This document shows, one piece after another, positions 18,199-27,221 of a stretch of DNA of 33,555 nt. The DNA comes from Gammaproteobacteria bacterium (lineage in GTDB: Bacteria > Pseudomonadota > Gammaproteobacteria > JBGSLN01). The notes under the pieces were generated by a model that had not been told where the DNA came from, searched no databases, and saw only the letters and a list, made by a program, of their open reading frames with translations. The DNA lies in NCBI GenBank assembly GCA_041740675.1, contig JBGSLN010000171.1, positions 1-33,555 on the forward strand. Reading direction: 5' to 3'. The translations under genes and the position numbers were made by a program. Every line of letters starts with the position of its first letter. Positions within the stretch are counted from its first letter, which is position 1.

Positions 18199-18367
18199 AA
18201 TATTTAAACGCTAAAATTAATGGAACACTTACATGCACCAAGGCCGCCAGCCCAAATAACCATACTCCTTTGTGCAAAACGCTTATTAATTTATTCATTA
18301 ATTATTCATTAGTAATCATTTCAAACGTCCAATCTTTTACTTTAAACTTTATTTTGTTATACTTCAT
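18197..18367 (-). pseudogene. Small single-TM peptide B with in-frame TAA at 18302-18304 (33-aa restart possible at 18298)
   Basis: MKYNKIKFKVKDWTFEMITNE*LMNKLISVLHKGVWLFGLAALVHVSVPLILAFKY*; similar to peptide C on both sides of the stop. Confidence 0.6.
18355..18363 (+). promoter_or_regulatory. Extended -10 promoter of sRNA B
   Basis: TGtTATACT at the same relative position as in units A and C. Confidence 0.65.
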
Positions 18368-18370
18368 TTT

Positions 18371-18463
18371 GTAACTATTACCTTGTGTTTTTAGTAGTTA
18401 CCAAGTTTCTAGTGCGTCAACACGTAGAGACTCAGTTTGCCCCGTTAAAGACGGGGCTTTTTT
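18371..18463 (+). ncRNA. Predicted antisense sRNA B (three hairpins)
   Basis: GTAACTATTA/TAGTAGTTAC stem; AGTTTCTA-GTG-CGTCAA-CAC-G-TAGAGACT; terminator GCCCCGT-TAAAG-ACGGGGC-TTTTTT. Confidence 0.7.
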
Positions 18464-18465
18464 AT

Positions 18466-18666
18466 TTATATCAATCCATTTGGAGCGATTACATGAATAA
18501 GTAAACTAGCCCCAACACTTGTGCTTAAAAAAGCAACCGCATAAATTATTTTCACAAATGCTTTTTTATTAGTAACCAAATCAATTTCAATATCTTTCAT
18601 TTTTATTCTTAGTTTGTTATCATTGTTTATATGAACATTCCTGTATAAAGTTATCATGTTCATCAT
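18466..18666 (-). CDS. Small single-TM peptide C (start uncertain: ATG 18666/18657/18600 or ATA 18630)
   Basis: ...INNDNKLRIKMKDIEIDLVTNKKAFVKIIYAVAFLSTSVGASLLIHVIAPNGLI*. Confidence 0.65.
   Translation of the reverse strand: MMNMITLYRNVHINNDNKLRIKMKDIEIDLVTNKKAFVKIIYAVAFLSTSVGASLLIHVIAPNGLI
18615..18623 (+). promoter_or_regulatory. Extended -10 promoter of sRNA C
   Basis: TGtTATCAT; TTTGTTATCATTGTT is identical to unit A. Confidence 0.65.
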
Positions 18667-18719
18667 TACTCGGTACTAGTCATACGCGAGTAACAATGCC
18701 CGCTTACGCGGGCTTTTTT
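18631..18719 (+). ncRNA. Predicted antisense sRNA C (three hairpins)
   Basis: ATGAACAT/ATGTTCAT stem; TTACTCG-GTA-CTAGTCA-TAC-G-CGAGTAA; terminator GCCCGC-TTAC-GCGGGC-TTTTTT. Confidence 0.7.
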
Positions 18720-18843
18720 ATATCAGCCCATGCGGGAAAAACGCTCGAACCACTAAAAATATAGAAACGGCAACAGAAATACACAAGATTGATCTACCTA
18801 TATAACGTATCAAAAATTCATTGCTTAGTGTTTCTGAATTCAT
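18718..18843 (-). CDS. Small single-TM peptide D, 41 aa (not in ORF track)
   Basis: MNSETLSNEFLIRYIGRSILCISVAVSIFLVVRAFFPHGLI*; RBS AGGA; ends PHGLI versus PNGLI in peptide C. Confidence 0.65.
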   Translation of the reverse strand: MNSETLSNEFLIRYIGRSILCISVAVSIFLVVRAFFPHGLI

Positions 18844-18865
18844 ATTAAAAATATCCTAGAATTTT

Positions 18866-19285
18866 TCATTGGTAATTATTATAAAAACACATAACTTGAG
18901 GCGATGAAAAATATCTAAATCCTCTATCTGAACTCGTTGACTGCCAAAATGCTGCCCCATATTGTGTCTGTATAAACCATTCCATTGTGAATGGAGCATC
19001 ATATTTAAAAGAAGCGCTTACACTCCCCTCTGTTGCAGATTCAACTCTTCCAACGACAGGTATTGATCCGTTCGTATTTAATGCGCCAAATAAAATCGCC
19101 AAATGCGCGGTTAGTAAATAAAGCAGTCTTTTTCTTCTGTTTAAATTTTCAATAGCAGAGCCACTATCATTTGTTAAATATAATGATGCTTCATCAAAAT
19201 AAAACTCCAACGTTGCATTGTTTACATTAACAAATTGCGGAAACTGTAATTTAAATTCAGCCGGATCAAAAACTACTACCGCCAT
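18866..19285 (-). CDS. Head-tail adaptor (DUF4054)
   Basis: VFDP..F...FPQF, LL..LTAHLA, GRV.SA.EGSVS, WF.QT.YGA.FWQ. Confidence 0.88.
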   Translation of the reverse strand: MAVVVFDPAEFKLQFPQFVNVNNATLEFYFDEASLYLTNDSGSAIENLNRRKRLLYLLTAHLAILFGALNTNGSIPVVGRVESATEGSVSASFKYDAPFTMEWFIQTQYGAAFWQSTSSDRGFRYFSSPQVMCFYNNYQ

Positions 19286-19692
19286 TATTCATCAGCCTTG
19301 AATCGCTCTATTTTATGAGCTTCTTTTGAACATCCTTCAAATCCAGTTTTTACATTTGAATTAATCAAATCTATGATTTTTGTATCAAGTTCTTTTTCGT
19401 TTTTAGCATCTATAATTGCTTTTGATGAAAAAACAGAAAAACTTTCGCCTAGTTGCTTTTTTACACTTTCCCATTTTTCTTTATTTACCTCAGTTATTCC
19501 ATAATGAAAATTAGATAAAACTTTAGGCTGTTTTTGTTGTTCAGGATGAAAAGAGCCAAAATGACGGTCTTTTTGAGCGCCTTTAATTATTATTTTTTCA
19601 GATGCTTTATTTCTTCCTTCACCACAATCATTGTTTAAATAAAAAATAAAATCATTGGGCAATCTAGAGCCAACATATACGCAATCATTCAT
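19285..19692 (-). CDS. Phage morphogenesis protein following the capsid gene
   Basis: V...LP, I.G, YGIT.V....W, K.G.E pattern; position. Confidence 0.55.
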   Translation of the reverse strand: MNDCVYVGSRLPNDFIFYLNNDCGEGRNKASEKIIIKGAQKDRHFGSFHPEQQKQPKVLSNFHYGITEVNKEKWESVKKQLGESFSVFSSKAIIDAKNEKELDTKIIDLINSNVKTGFEGCSKEAHKIERFKADE

Positions 19693-19694
19693 AA

Positions 19695-20693
19695 TTAAAC
19701 TCCTATCATTCTTGCAACAAATACTGGGCGATAAATAATTGCCCCAACAGTACCTTGAGCTTTTTTCTGAGAATAAGCAGAGTGTTGAATAAAGAGAGGA
19801 AAAGCTCTTAATTTTAAGTTATAGCTAACTTCTTCTGTAAGTTGCCCTTCAATGTTGTCAGCTTTTAATCTTACTACTTCGCCAGCTAATGTTGACATTT
19901 GTGGAGCAGTAACAATTTTTAGATTTGGAAAGTTTGTTTTAATTAAAGTTAAAACATTAACATTATACTGGGTGGCTTTATTAAGGTTTACTGCAATATC
20001 TGGAGATAGTGCCATTGTCATATCAGTATTTGCATCAACAAGGCCATCACCTTGACTTATTAATTGTTTAACCAATAAAACAACATCGCCATAAACTTGA
20101 AGCGCATCTTTATTTTGCCAAATGATGTTAGGAGCTGTTCCAGATGGAGGAATAGTTGCTGGCAAACTTGGATCGTTTAATAATCCATAGTTTTGCAGTC
20201 CATCCACGCCAAAAAAATAACTTTTATTTTGATATTGATTAAGTGTCCAAATTGATGATTTATCTAATTGACTAACCCAATCAATTTGCGCCATGCCAAT
20301 TCGTTCTTGCTCAAGCTGTCCATATCGGGTAAATGTTTGATAAAGATAAGGTTGGCGTTGAGGGAAGTTAATATTGGCTTTAGCTGCGCCATCATTATTA
20401 TAATCGCCATATGATTCTACTTGGCCTGTGAATTCAAGCGTTTTAAACATAACCGTATTATCAGTCCATGAGCCTATCATTCTTTCTGAGCCAGCAACTT
20501 CTACAGCCTTTAATGGAGCAAATAAATATTCAATTACTTTTGGATCGATATAAGTGGTAAAAATAACTGGTAATGCTGAGTTAGGAGCACTGCCTAAAGT
20601 TGGTTGAGCATCTTCGGCCAAAATTTTATATTGATGATTATCAAAAATTACACCGTAGCTATTTAATTTTTTTTTCATTGGGGTTATTAACAT
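19695..20693 (-). CDS. Major capsid protein (DUF2184, HK97 fold)
   Basis: DAQP.L....N, TYIDP, G.W, E..G....YGD, N..YFFGV.GLQNYGLLNDP.L, T.GAI.YRP. Confidence 0.92.
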   Translation of the reverse strand: MLITPMKKKLNSYGVIFDNHQYKILAEDAQPTLGSAPNSALPVIFTTYIDPKVIEYLFAPLKAVEVAGSERMIGSWTDNTVMFKTLEFTGQVESYGDYNNDGAAKANINFPQRQPYLYQTFTRYGQLEQERIGMAQIDWVSQLDKSSIWTLNQYQNKSYFFGVDGLQNYGLLNDPSLPATIPPSGTAPNIIWQNKDALQVYGDVVLLVKQLISQGDGLVDANTDMTMALSPDIAVNLNKATQYNVNVLTLIKTNFPNLKIVTAPQMSTLAGEVVRLKADNIEGQLTEEVSYNLKLRAFPLFIQHSAYSQKKAQGTVGAIIYRPVFVARMIGV

Positions 20694-20719
20694 TTTTTTA
20701 TCCTCTTTTACCTGTTTTT

Positions 20720-21214
20720 TTATAGACTGATCGTTGCTAATTCGCCCACTAAACAGCCAACTGTAATTGTATAATCTGTTTCGATGAAACCTGAGATTGT
20801 TGCGCCCGCATCTCCTGCTTGCATAGTCCCATCACTTAATTTAGCAAACGCTTTTTGTCCCCTAGCCGCTGCGCCCACTGTAGCTACAATCGCGTAATCA
20901 CCTTTTACATAAGCAGTAATAAAACTACCGCCAAAAACTGTATATCCTGCTTCTGCTAAATATGTAGTAATCTGGCCTTGTTCTTCTCGTGCAATTAATC
21001 CAAGTGGTTTAACAGCGGTAACACTTGAGTTAATTAATTGTCTGCCAGTCGTATCATCTGGATCTGGCCACACAAAACGCCCTACGATAACGCCATCGGT
21101 TCCAGCAACGAATCCCGCTTCTGGAGCTGGGTAAGTAGACCAAGGATTTTCAGTCACTCTATCCCCAGCCGTTGCCGGCGCTTGTTGCAATTTAACACTT
21201 GTTTGAAAACCCAT
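20720..21214 (-). CDS. Capsid decoration/cement protein
   Basis: FQ..V....APA.AGD...NP, G..G..VGRF.W; canonical position between scaffold and capsid genes. Confidence 0.8.
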   Translation of the reverse strand: MGFQTSVKLQQAPATAGDRVTENPWSTYPAPEAGFVAGTDGVIVGRFVWPDPDDTTGRQLINSSVTAVKPLGLIAREEQGQITTYLAEAGYTVFGGSFITAYVKGDYAIVATVGAAARGQKAFAKLSDGTMQAGDAGATISGFIETDYTITVGCLVGELATISL

Positions 21215-21225
21215 TTTTTGTCCCC

Positions 21226-22485
21226 TTAAATTTTAACTCGTGAGATACTTTTCGTTAGAAAAGATGCCCCATTATCTTTATCCATTGCTAGATTTGAAAC
21301 TTCAAACCGCTTATTATTTTCTTGAGATATTTGCATTTCACAAAGCCTCTTTAATGAAGTAATTTCTTTCAAATCATCGTGCTTAATTGATAAGGCATCT
21401 AATGCAAATCGATAAACATTTTCTGCATTATCAATGCCAGAAACTTCACCTATTAAAGGGCGAACATCATTTTTTGCTTGCTCTAGAGCAGCAAATTCTG
21501 AGCGGATGCTTTCTCTTATACTGGTGGCCATTTCATCCATAGCTTTTTTCATATCAGCCTCATTTTTTTTGTTATCAGTTTCGCTTTCTTCATCTTCTGT
21601 TTTTTTATCTTCTTTATTATCGTTTTCTTTATTATCATCTGTGTCTTCATCCATTCCTTTGTTTTCAAGCATTCCACAAATTTTTGCTATTTCTTCATCA
21701 CTAAATCCTTTATCTTTTAGCATTTTTTTAGCTGTTTGTTTGCTATCTTCTTCAACATCAGCCGTAATTGCTTCAGGATTATTTTCAGCTTCATTTTCTT
21801 GTTCTACACCTAATACAACATCTAATAGGTTATCTAGTTGCTGTTCGCTAATATCGATGTCCATTGCTTTAATTTTATTAAAGGCTTTTTTGTGTAATTT
21901 GTTTTTTTTCATTTCAAGCTCGTTTTCTTTTTTAAAAGGATTATTATCAGAAACTTTTACATCATGACCTGCCCTACCGGTCTCAACTAATGCAACATGA
22001 TTACCCACTATATTTTTCATCCAGCCATCATATTTCTCTCCTTCGAACTCACCTGGTTCCATGATGGCCTCATATGCGTAGCCGCATGACAACTCTTTCA
22101 TGCCACCTAATTTTTTATCAGCAGCTTCAATAGCCGCTATGGCTTCTTCATCCCAAAAAAACAAAGTGTTTTTGAGATAGGGGGCTTCAAAAATTGAATC
22201 GGTGCCTGTTGTTCCTATAACTAAGTCCTTGTTAGGGGAATCTGCAAACATAGGGGTATGTTTTTCGACAATTTGCACCCCATTAAAACTATCTGCCGCT
22301 TTTTGTAATTCTTTTCCTGGTCGATATAGATAATAAATTTTCTCCGGCTCTAACCCTAAGGCGTAATAATTCGGCACTTCTTTGCCATAATATGGATTAA
22401 TGGTCTCTTTAGAGATTGGCGAAGAATCAACCCTAAGCCGTCCATCTGCATCAATAAATCTTGAGCTTTTTTCTAATTTTTCCAT
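21226..22485 (-). CDS. Prohead protease/scaffold (DUF2213)
   Basis: D.DGRL.V..S.ISK..I.PY.G.E.P, ELSCGY, GNHVALV..GRAG.DV; acidic scaffold-like C-terminal half. Confidence 0.9.
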   Translation of the reverse strand: MEKLEKSSRFIDADGRLRVDSSPISKETINPYYGKEVPNYYALGLEPEKIYYLYRPGKELQKAADSFNGVQIVEKHTPMFADSPNKDLVIGTTGTDSIFEAPYLKNTLFFWDEEAIAAIEAADKKLGGMKELSCGYAYEAIMEPGEFEGEKYDGWMKNIVGNHVALVETGRAGHDVKVSDNNPFKKENELEMKKNKLHKKAFNKIKAMDIDISEQQLDNLLDVVLGVEQENEAENNPEAITADVEEDSKQTAKKMLKDKGFSDEEIAKICGMLENKGMDEDTDDNKENDNKEDKKTEDEESETDNKKNEADMKKAMDEMATSIRESIRSEFAALEQAKNDVRPLIGEVSGIDNAENVYRFALDALSIKHDDLKEITSLKRLCEMQISQENNKRFEVSNLAMDKDNGASFLTKSISRVKI

Positions 22486-22621
22486 ATTCTACATTAGCTT
22501 TTTAAACATATATTACCAAATAAATATTAATAATGTAAATACATTTATGATATTAATAGTAATATATTATTTTTTATAAGTTCTTATAGATAATTATATG
22601 TTTTTTGATATTAATTAGTTA

Positions 22622-23404
22622 TTAATATGGTAACAGCGTTTCACTGATGCATCTGCAATTTATTTTTTGTCCAGGAAGAATATATTCTCCAGAAATTAAA
22701 CACCCTTTGCGAACATCGTATATTTTTCCATTCGCAGCAACATGATCTGGGCGAGGGGTTTTTCCTGCGCTACTATGTAACCATCTTGCTTGATTAAACC
22801 CCAATTCAATTTGTCGATTTCTATTAAAAGACGCCGTTGCTTTATTACATTGATCTCTTGCAATCAAAGCGGCCTTATTTTTTGTTAACTTGTATTTTTC
22901 TTTTATATTGTCATAAATGTAAGATGAGTTTCTTCCCATTGACCATCCAGTATTAACAACTGTTTTAACATCTGTAAAATATTTTTGGGGGATTGATTTT
23001 ATAAGATTTACATTTTCCTCAATTATAGCAGCCATCGCATCTTGCTGTTCTCGAGTCATACTAAATTTTACGGTAAATCCAGCCTCTTTTAATTTATTTT
23101 TAAAGGCATTATCGCTTTGTTTTAATATTTTTTCTGCATTTATTTTTGCAAGCTCTAAAGAAATTTTAGAAAATTTAACAATCCATCGTTTTGCAACACG
23201 ATTAAATTCAATCATAAAATCTTTAATGGGGCTTGCATCCGCAGCAATCACAGCAGGCTCATTTTTATTATAAAAAGACTTGACCCAATATTGCGTGCTA
23301 TCAGCCATTTGTTTAATTAATTTATCTAATTTTTTTTGATACTCAATACGGATAGCCGCGCTTGGCCTAATTGGCTTAATCGTCTTCGTCTTTTCTTTCT
23401 TCAT
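22622..23404 (-). CDS. Head morphogenesis protein (SPP1 gp7/Mu F-like)
   Basis: ENV.LIKSIP..Y, A.LIARDQ..KA, W.HS.....PR..H, PG..INCRC. Confidence 0.9.
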   Translation of the reverse strand: MKKEKTKTIKPIRPSAAIRIEYQKKLDKLIKQMADSTQYWVKSFYNKNEPAVIAADASPIKDFMIEFNRVAKRWIVKFSKISLELAKINAEKILKQSDNAFKNKLKEAGFTVKFSMTREQQDAMAAIIEENVNLIKSIPQKYFTDVKTVVNTGWSMGRNSSYIYDNIKEKYKLTKNKAALIARDQCNKATASFNRNRQIELGFNQARWLHSSAGKTPRPDHVAANGKIYDVRKGCLISGEYILPGQKINCRCISETLLPY

Positions 23405-24944
23405 TTTCTTCGACTCCTTCTTCATATGGCTTTTCATTTTCTTCCGTATTTAAGCTCTCTTCATCAATATCAGATACTTCAATTGCGTTATAGCCACTTT
23501 CTTCATCACTCGCTAATTTCTCTCGCACTTCCATGTTTGATAAAACGCCGTGGTCGATATAAATGCTATCTTTTTGCGCATTAGTAAGCTTGATTGTCGC
23601 TTCATCTTTTGCGTCCATTTGCCACAAAGGATTAAATCTAAAGCTAATTGACGGATCTATTTCACCAAATTCTGACAACATTAATATTTTTAAAATTGTT
23701 TCAATCGGATATCTATAATGGGCTTCTTGCTCAGCACTTTTTCTATCATAGAAAGCACGTATTTCACCGTCTGCTGTCGCATTAAATCCTTGAGGACTCA
23801 CTCCAAGTAATTTAACTGCGGGGATGCCAGATACTGCACACATGTGCTCTTGTGATTGAGATTGCAACTCATGTAACCCAGATAATGGAACCGCCAATTG
23901 CGTTAATTCTTCGGTCTCTCTATCAAGTAACATCAATCCTTGATTATTTCTAGCTGCCATGAAATATTGTATGCGAGCAGATAAAGAATTGCCGCTCTCA
24001 TTATTATCTTGCAATCTTTGGACCATGTCTGTTGACAAAGTTAAGGTGCTAAAATTATTCAGCAAATTAGATATCGCTTGTTTAGTCCTAAGCCAATTAT
24101 TCACATAAGGTTCTGCAAGCTGGTTCAGGCTAATGCCTGCAAAATTAAACATGGGCTTGAGCAAATCAGGCAATGGCCTTGTTATAATTGTTAATAATCT
24201 TGATGCATGTACTTCTTTGCCCAAGACATACCAAACTGAAGGCCTATAAAAATCAGGGGCGACAGGGTTATTAGAATTATAAAAACTAGGCGTACTCCAA
24301 ATTGGCTCAACACATTTAGCAATTCTAAAAGAGCCTTTTTTAATTGTTTTTGGAGATAAAATTAAGGGTTTAGAAGAGGCAGATCCATCGATATCAAGCA
24401 TAATTTGAGCGCGACCAAAACAGTCAACATGCTCTGCTGCAGTTCTAATGACTGACCTCAAATCAATTTCTTTTAATTTTTTATCCAGTATTGCAATCTT
24501 TTCTTTAGAGTTTTTATCTTGCTTAGAACTTGTGGTTAATGTTATCCATTCCCGCGTTATCTCCATTGCATTAACATAAGCAAATGATCTATATTCAGCA
24601 ATCGTCGTTAATTCTGACAAATAAGCAAACCCTGGGAACCCTTGGTGCGTTCCATATCCATAACAATTTTGACCGAACATACTATATCCAATGCTGCTAT
24701 CACAGGCCAACTGAACAGGTGCTTTTACCCCTTCTGGCAAAACGCACTTCAAAATTTCTGGCGCTTGAAAGGGATATTCTTTAATTAAATTTTGCTGATT
24801 ATAGCCTTTCAATTCATCTAGGACTTTATATGCAGCATTGGTTGCTTGTCTTATTTGATAAATTCTATTATTTGGATTGTTTGGAACAGAATCTTGCGCT
24901 ATTTTATCTTTTTTGAAATTAAACCATTTTTTAAAATCTAACAT
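23376..24944 (-). CDS. Portal protein (DUF1073)
   Basis: FPG..YL..L, EP.W..P..YN, VH.SRL, LSGL..LQ.Q.QE, IP.VKLLG.SP.GFNA. Confidence 0.92.
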   Translation of the reverse strand: MLDFKKWFNFKKDKIAQDSVPNNPNNRIYQIRQATNAAYKVLDELKGYNQQNLIKEYPFQAPEILKCVLPEGVKAPVQLACDSSIGYSMFGQNCYGYGTHQGFPGFAYLSELTTIAEYRSFAYVNAMEITREWITLTTSSKQDKNSKEKIAILDKKLKEIDLRSVIRTAAEHVDCFGRAQIMLDIDGSASSKPLILSPKTIKKGSFRIAKCVEPIWSTPSFYNSNNPVAPDFYRPSVWYVLGKEVHASRLLTIITRPLPDLLKPMFNFAGISLNQLAEPYVNNWLRTKQAISNLLNNFSTLTLSTDMVQRLQDNNESGNSLSARIQYFMAARNNQGLMLLDRETEELTQLAVPLSGLHELQSQSQEHMCAVSGIPAVKLLGVSPQGFNATADGEIRAFYDRKSAEQEAHYRYPIETILKILMLSEFGEIDPSISFRFNPLWQMDAKDEATIKLTNAQKDSIYIDHGVLSNMEVREKLASDEESGYNAIEVSDIDEESLNTEENEKPYEEGVEENEERKDEDD

Positions 24945-26544
24945 TGGCAGGTCTCGATATCTCATCAATCATGGATTGAGTAATTTTTATTATGTTATAA
25001 CCATCATGATAACACATCATTACCGAATCAGCCAAGTTAGGAGATTTAGCGCCATCAGGCTTTTTATTAACTATAATTTTGCCTGCCCCATTTTTACTAT
25101 AAGTCGGTTGTGATAACTCTAATTGCAATTTATTTAAATTTTTTAAGTTACCGGGTATTGAAATAATAGAAGATGGATTGCATTTTATGCCTTCTTGCAC
25201 AGCTCGATATGTGTTTAAAAACCTAAACCGTAATTGCCACCAAGCTTGTGCTTTTCTATTTGCAAACATGTCTTCATTTTTTATTCCTTCGACCATATTA
25301 GATTCTGGCTTCCATACTGCTGCTGAACTCCTAAACGATTTTACATTAATATGTGTTTTTAATTCTTCTTGAATTATTCGTGCGTCTCCTTTTACACCGG
25401 CCCCAATTCCTTCAGCATCGTAATATAGGGTTTTATATTCCCTCTCATTACAAATAAGAATTGTTTGTTTGACAGTATGCAATATATCGCTATTTTTTCC
25501 GCTCCAATCATCTATATGTTCTATAACTACTCCATGGCGCATACAAATTGCATTTAAGTCTGCGCCTTCATCCGCAACGTCTAATGCAGCAATTCTTTCG
25601 CCACTTTTCGAAATCCCTAATTTCTCATGTGCATCAATTGCAGCTTGTACCCACGCAGATGGAATTAACACACCATCAACTGAACCAGAATAATCCAAAT
25701 CAATTTCTTGGGCTAAAGTAATTGGGTCTAAATTAAGTTGTTGCCTGTGATACCATGCGTCGTCTTTACGCGGGTCGTTCCGCCAATGAAATGTGAAGAC
25801 TTGATATTTACCGCTAAATCGTTTTTGAGCAAACACATTACCCATACCGCAAGGCGTTGAAACGTCCATTCGGAAATTTGTAGTTTGCGATAATGAAGCC
25901 TCAATTAATTTAGCCTGCTCCACATGCGCTGATTCATCCAAACAATAACCGGTTGCACGTCCGCCACGGCCAATGTTATTGCCGCTTTCTCCTTTAATAA
26001 TTGAACTTGTTTCTGGAATAGTGATTAACTTTTGTTTCGAGTTTTTTTCTCTCGACCATCCTCCACGAAACTCTCTTGGTAAATTTGCAAGAAATACTCT
26101 TCCTTTTTCCAAAATTGAGTCTAAATCTCCAAGCTTATCTACTAGTTCTTCTTTACGGCTCCCAAAGCCAAAAACAGCTCCATGATTGAAAATTGCTAAT
26201 GAACAAAAGGTCGCAACACACAACCAGGTCACGCCCATATCGCGTGATTTCTCAACAATCAAGGGTCGTTGGTTTTTCCAACAATCAATGACCGTATTAA
26301 CAAATTCTTCTTGCTTTTCAAATAATAAAAAAGGGATCGAGACTGGCAGTCCACGTTCAATATTACGCGGATTAGTCGTCATGCCCCAGTCAATAATAAA
26401 TTGCGCTATATGATGTTTATAATACGTAAATAAAGCAGGAATTTTTTCAGGATGTTGGCGTATAAAAGCTAATTTTTCAATGCGTCGTTTAAAGACTTTG
26501 ACGTAATCAGGGTTTTTAAAATCAAACTCGAAAGGGATGGGCAT
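24931..26544 (-). CDS. terL: Terminase large subunit
   Basis: Walker A-like KSRDMGVTW, GRGGR, Walker B YCLDE, STP.G, nuclease DVADEG and SPNLADS. Confidence 0.95.
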   Translation of the reverse strand: MPIPFEFDFKNPDYVKVFKRRIEKLAFIRQHPEKIPALFTYYKHHIAQFIIDWGMTTNPRNIERGLPVSIPFLLFEKQEEFVNTVIDCWKNQRPLIVEKSRDMGVTWLCVATFCSLAIFNHGAVFGFGSRKEELVDKLGDLDSILEKGRVFLANLPREFRGGWSREKNSKQKLITIPETSSIIKGESGNNIGRGGRATGYCLDESAHVEQAKLIEASLSQTTNFRMDVSTPCGMGNVFAQKRFSGKYQVFTFHWRNDPRKDDAWYHRQQLNLDPITLAQEIDLDYSGSVDGVLIPSAWVQAAIDAHEKLGISKSGERIAALDVADEGADLNAICMRHGVVIEHIDDWSGKNSDILHTVKQTILICNEREYKTLYYDAEGIGAGVKGDARIIQEELKTHINVKSFRSSAAVWKPESNMVEGIKNEDMFANRKAQAWWQLRFRFLNTYRAVQEGIKCNPSSIISIPGNLKNLNKLQLELSQPTYSKNGAGKIIVNKKPDGAKSPNLADSVMMCYHDGYNIIKITQSMIDEISRPANVRF

Positions 26545-26545
26545 A

Positions 26546-26941
26546 TTACTTCATTAACTCGCTATAAATTTCTGACGCTACAATCGGATCGTCGGTTTGC
26601 ATTTTATCTATTCCCACTTCTACACTATGCGCGACTTCTTGCTTCTCTGATTGTTTTAAACGTTGTTTTCCAAGCCAAATCAGCAATGATTTATCACCTG
26701 TGAGCGCAATCTCAAATTGCTTTACTTTTAAAAGCACATTTCCTGATTCTCTTTTTTTTTGACTATACTCAGAAAATGAAACTTTATGGTCTTTAACGCA
26801 ATTTTTATATAAAGTTTCATGATGATAACCCAGATGACTTGCTATTTCTCTGCCAGAGCATCCTGCTTCTAATAAATAATCAACTCTTTCCCAATCAATT
26901 CCAGCTGGCGGTCTTCCTCTTTTATGCAAATCTTCTTTCAT
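26546..26941 (-). CDS. terS: Terminase small subunit
   Basis: GRP, HTH (CSGREIASHLG....TL), L...Q...A..G...LLIWLGKQ.L.Q; directly upstream of terL. Confidence 0.85.
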   Translation of the reverse strand: MKEDLHKRGRPPAGIDWERVDYLLEAGCSGREIASHLGYHHETLYKNCVKDHKVSFSEYSQKKRESGNVLLKVKQFEIALTGDKSLLIWLGKQRLKQSEKQEVAHSVEVGIDKMQTDDPIVASEIYSELMK

Positions 26942-27221
26942 TCATTTTATCTCTAACAGATATTCTTTTTGGTAAATTATGATAAATTTAACCATTTTAT
27001 GATTATCTATATTATAACTTAATATTATCGTAATTAATTAAATTAGTAATATATTACCTTATTTTTAATGTTTGTGAAACTTTAATTCTGAATTAAAAAA
27101 ATGATTAAAAAAGAAGTGTCTAAGAAAGCTTTAAAGAAGAAAAAGTAATACTAACTCGCTGTGTTTGATAAATGCTTTTTTATTTATTTACAACCCCTTA
27201 CTACCTTTCCCTAAATAAACA

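Noticed and set aside
17948-18843. CRISPR or mini-CRISPR array
   Set aside because: Units share structure but not identical direct repeats, the period is ~258 bp, and no cas genes are present.
21434-21967. 177-aa plus-strand ORF and other antisense ORFs (e.g. 841-1101, 5808-6149, 30411-30749, 32089-32370)
   Set aside because: Shadow frames of well-supported genes, with Ser/Phe/Leu-rich mirror composition.
27101-27148. Lys-rich plus-strand mini ORF MIKKEVSKKALKKKK
   Set aside because: 15 codons in A-rich DNA with no SD; unsupported.
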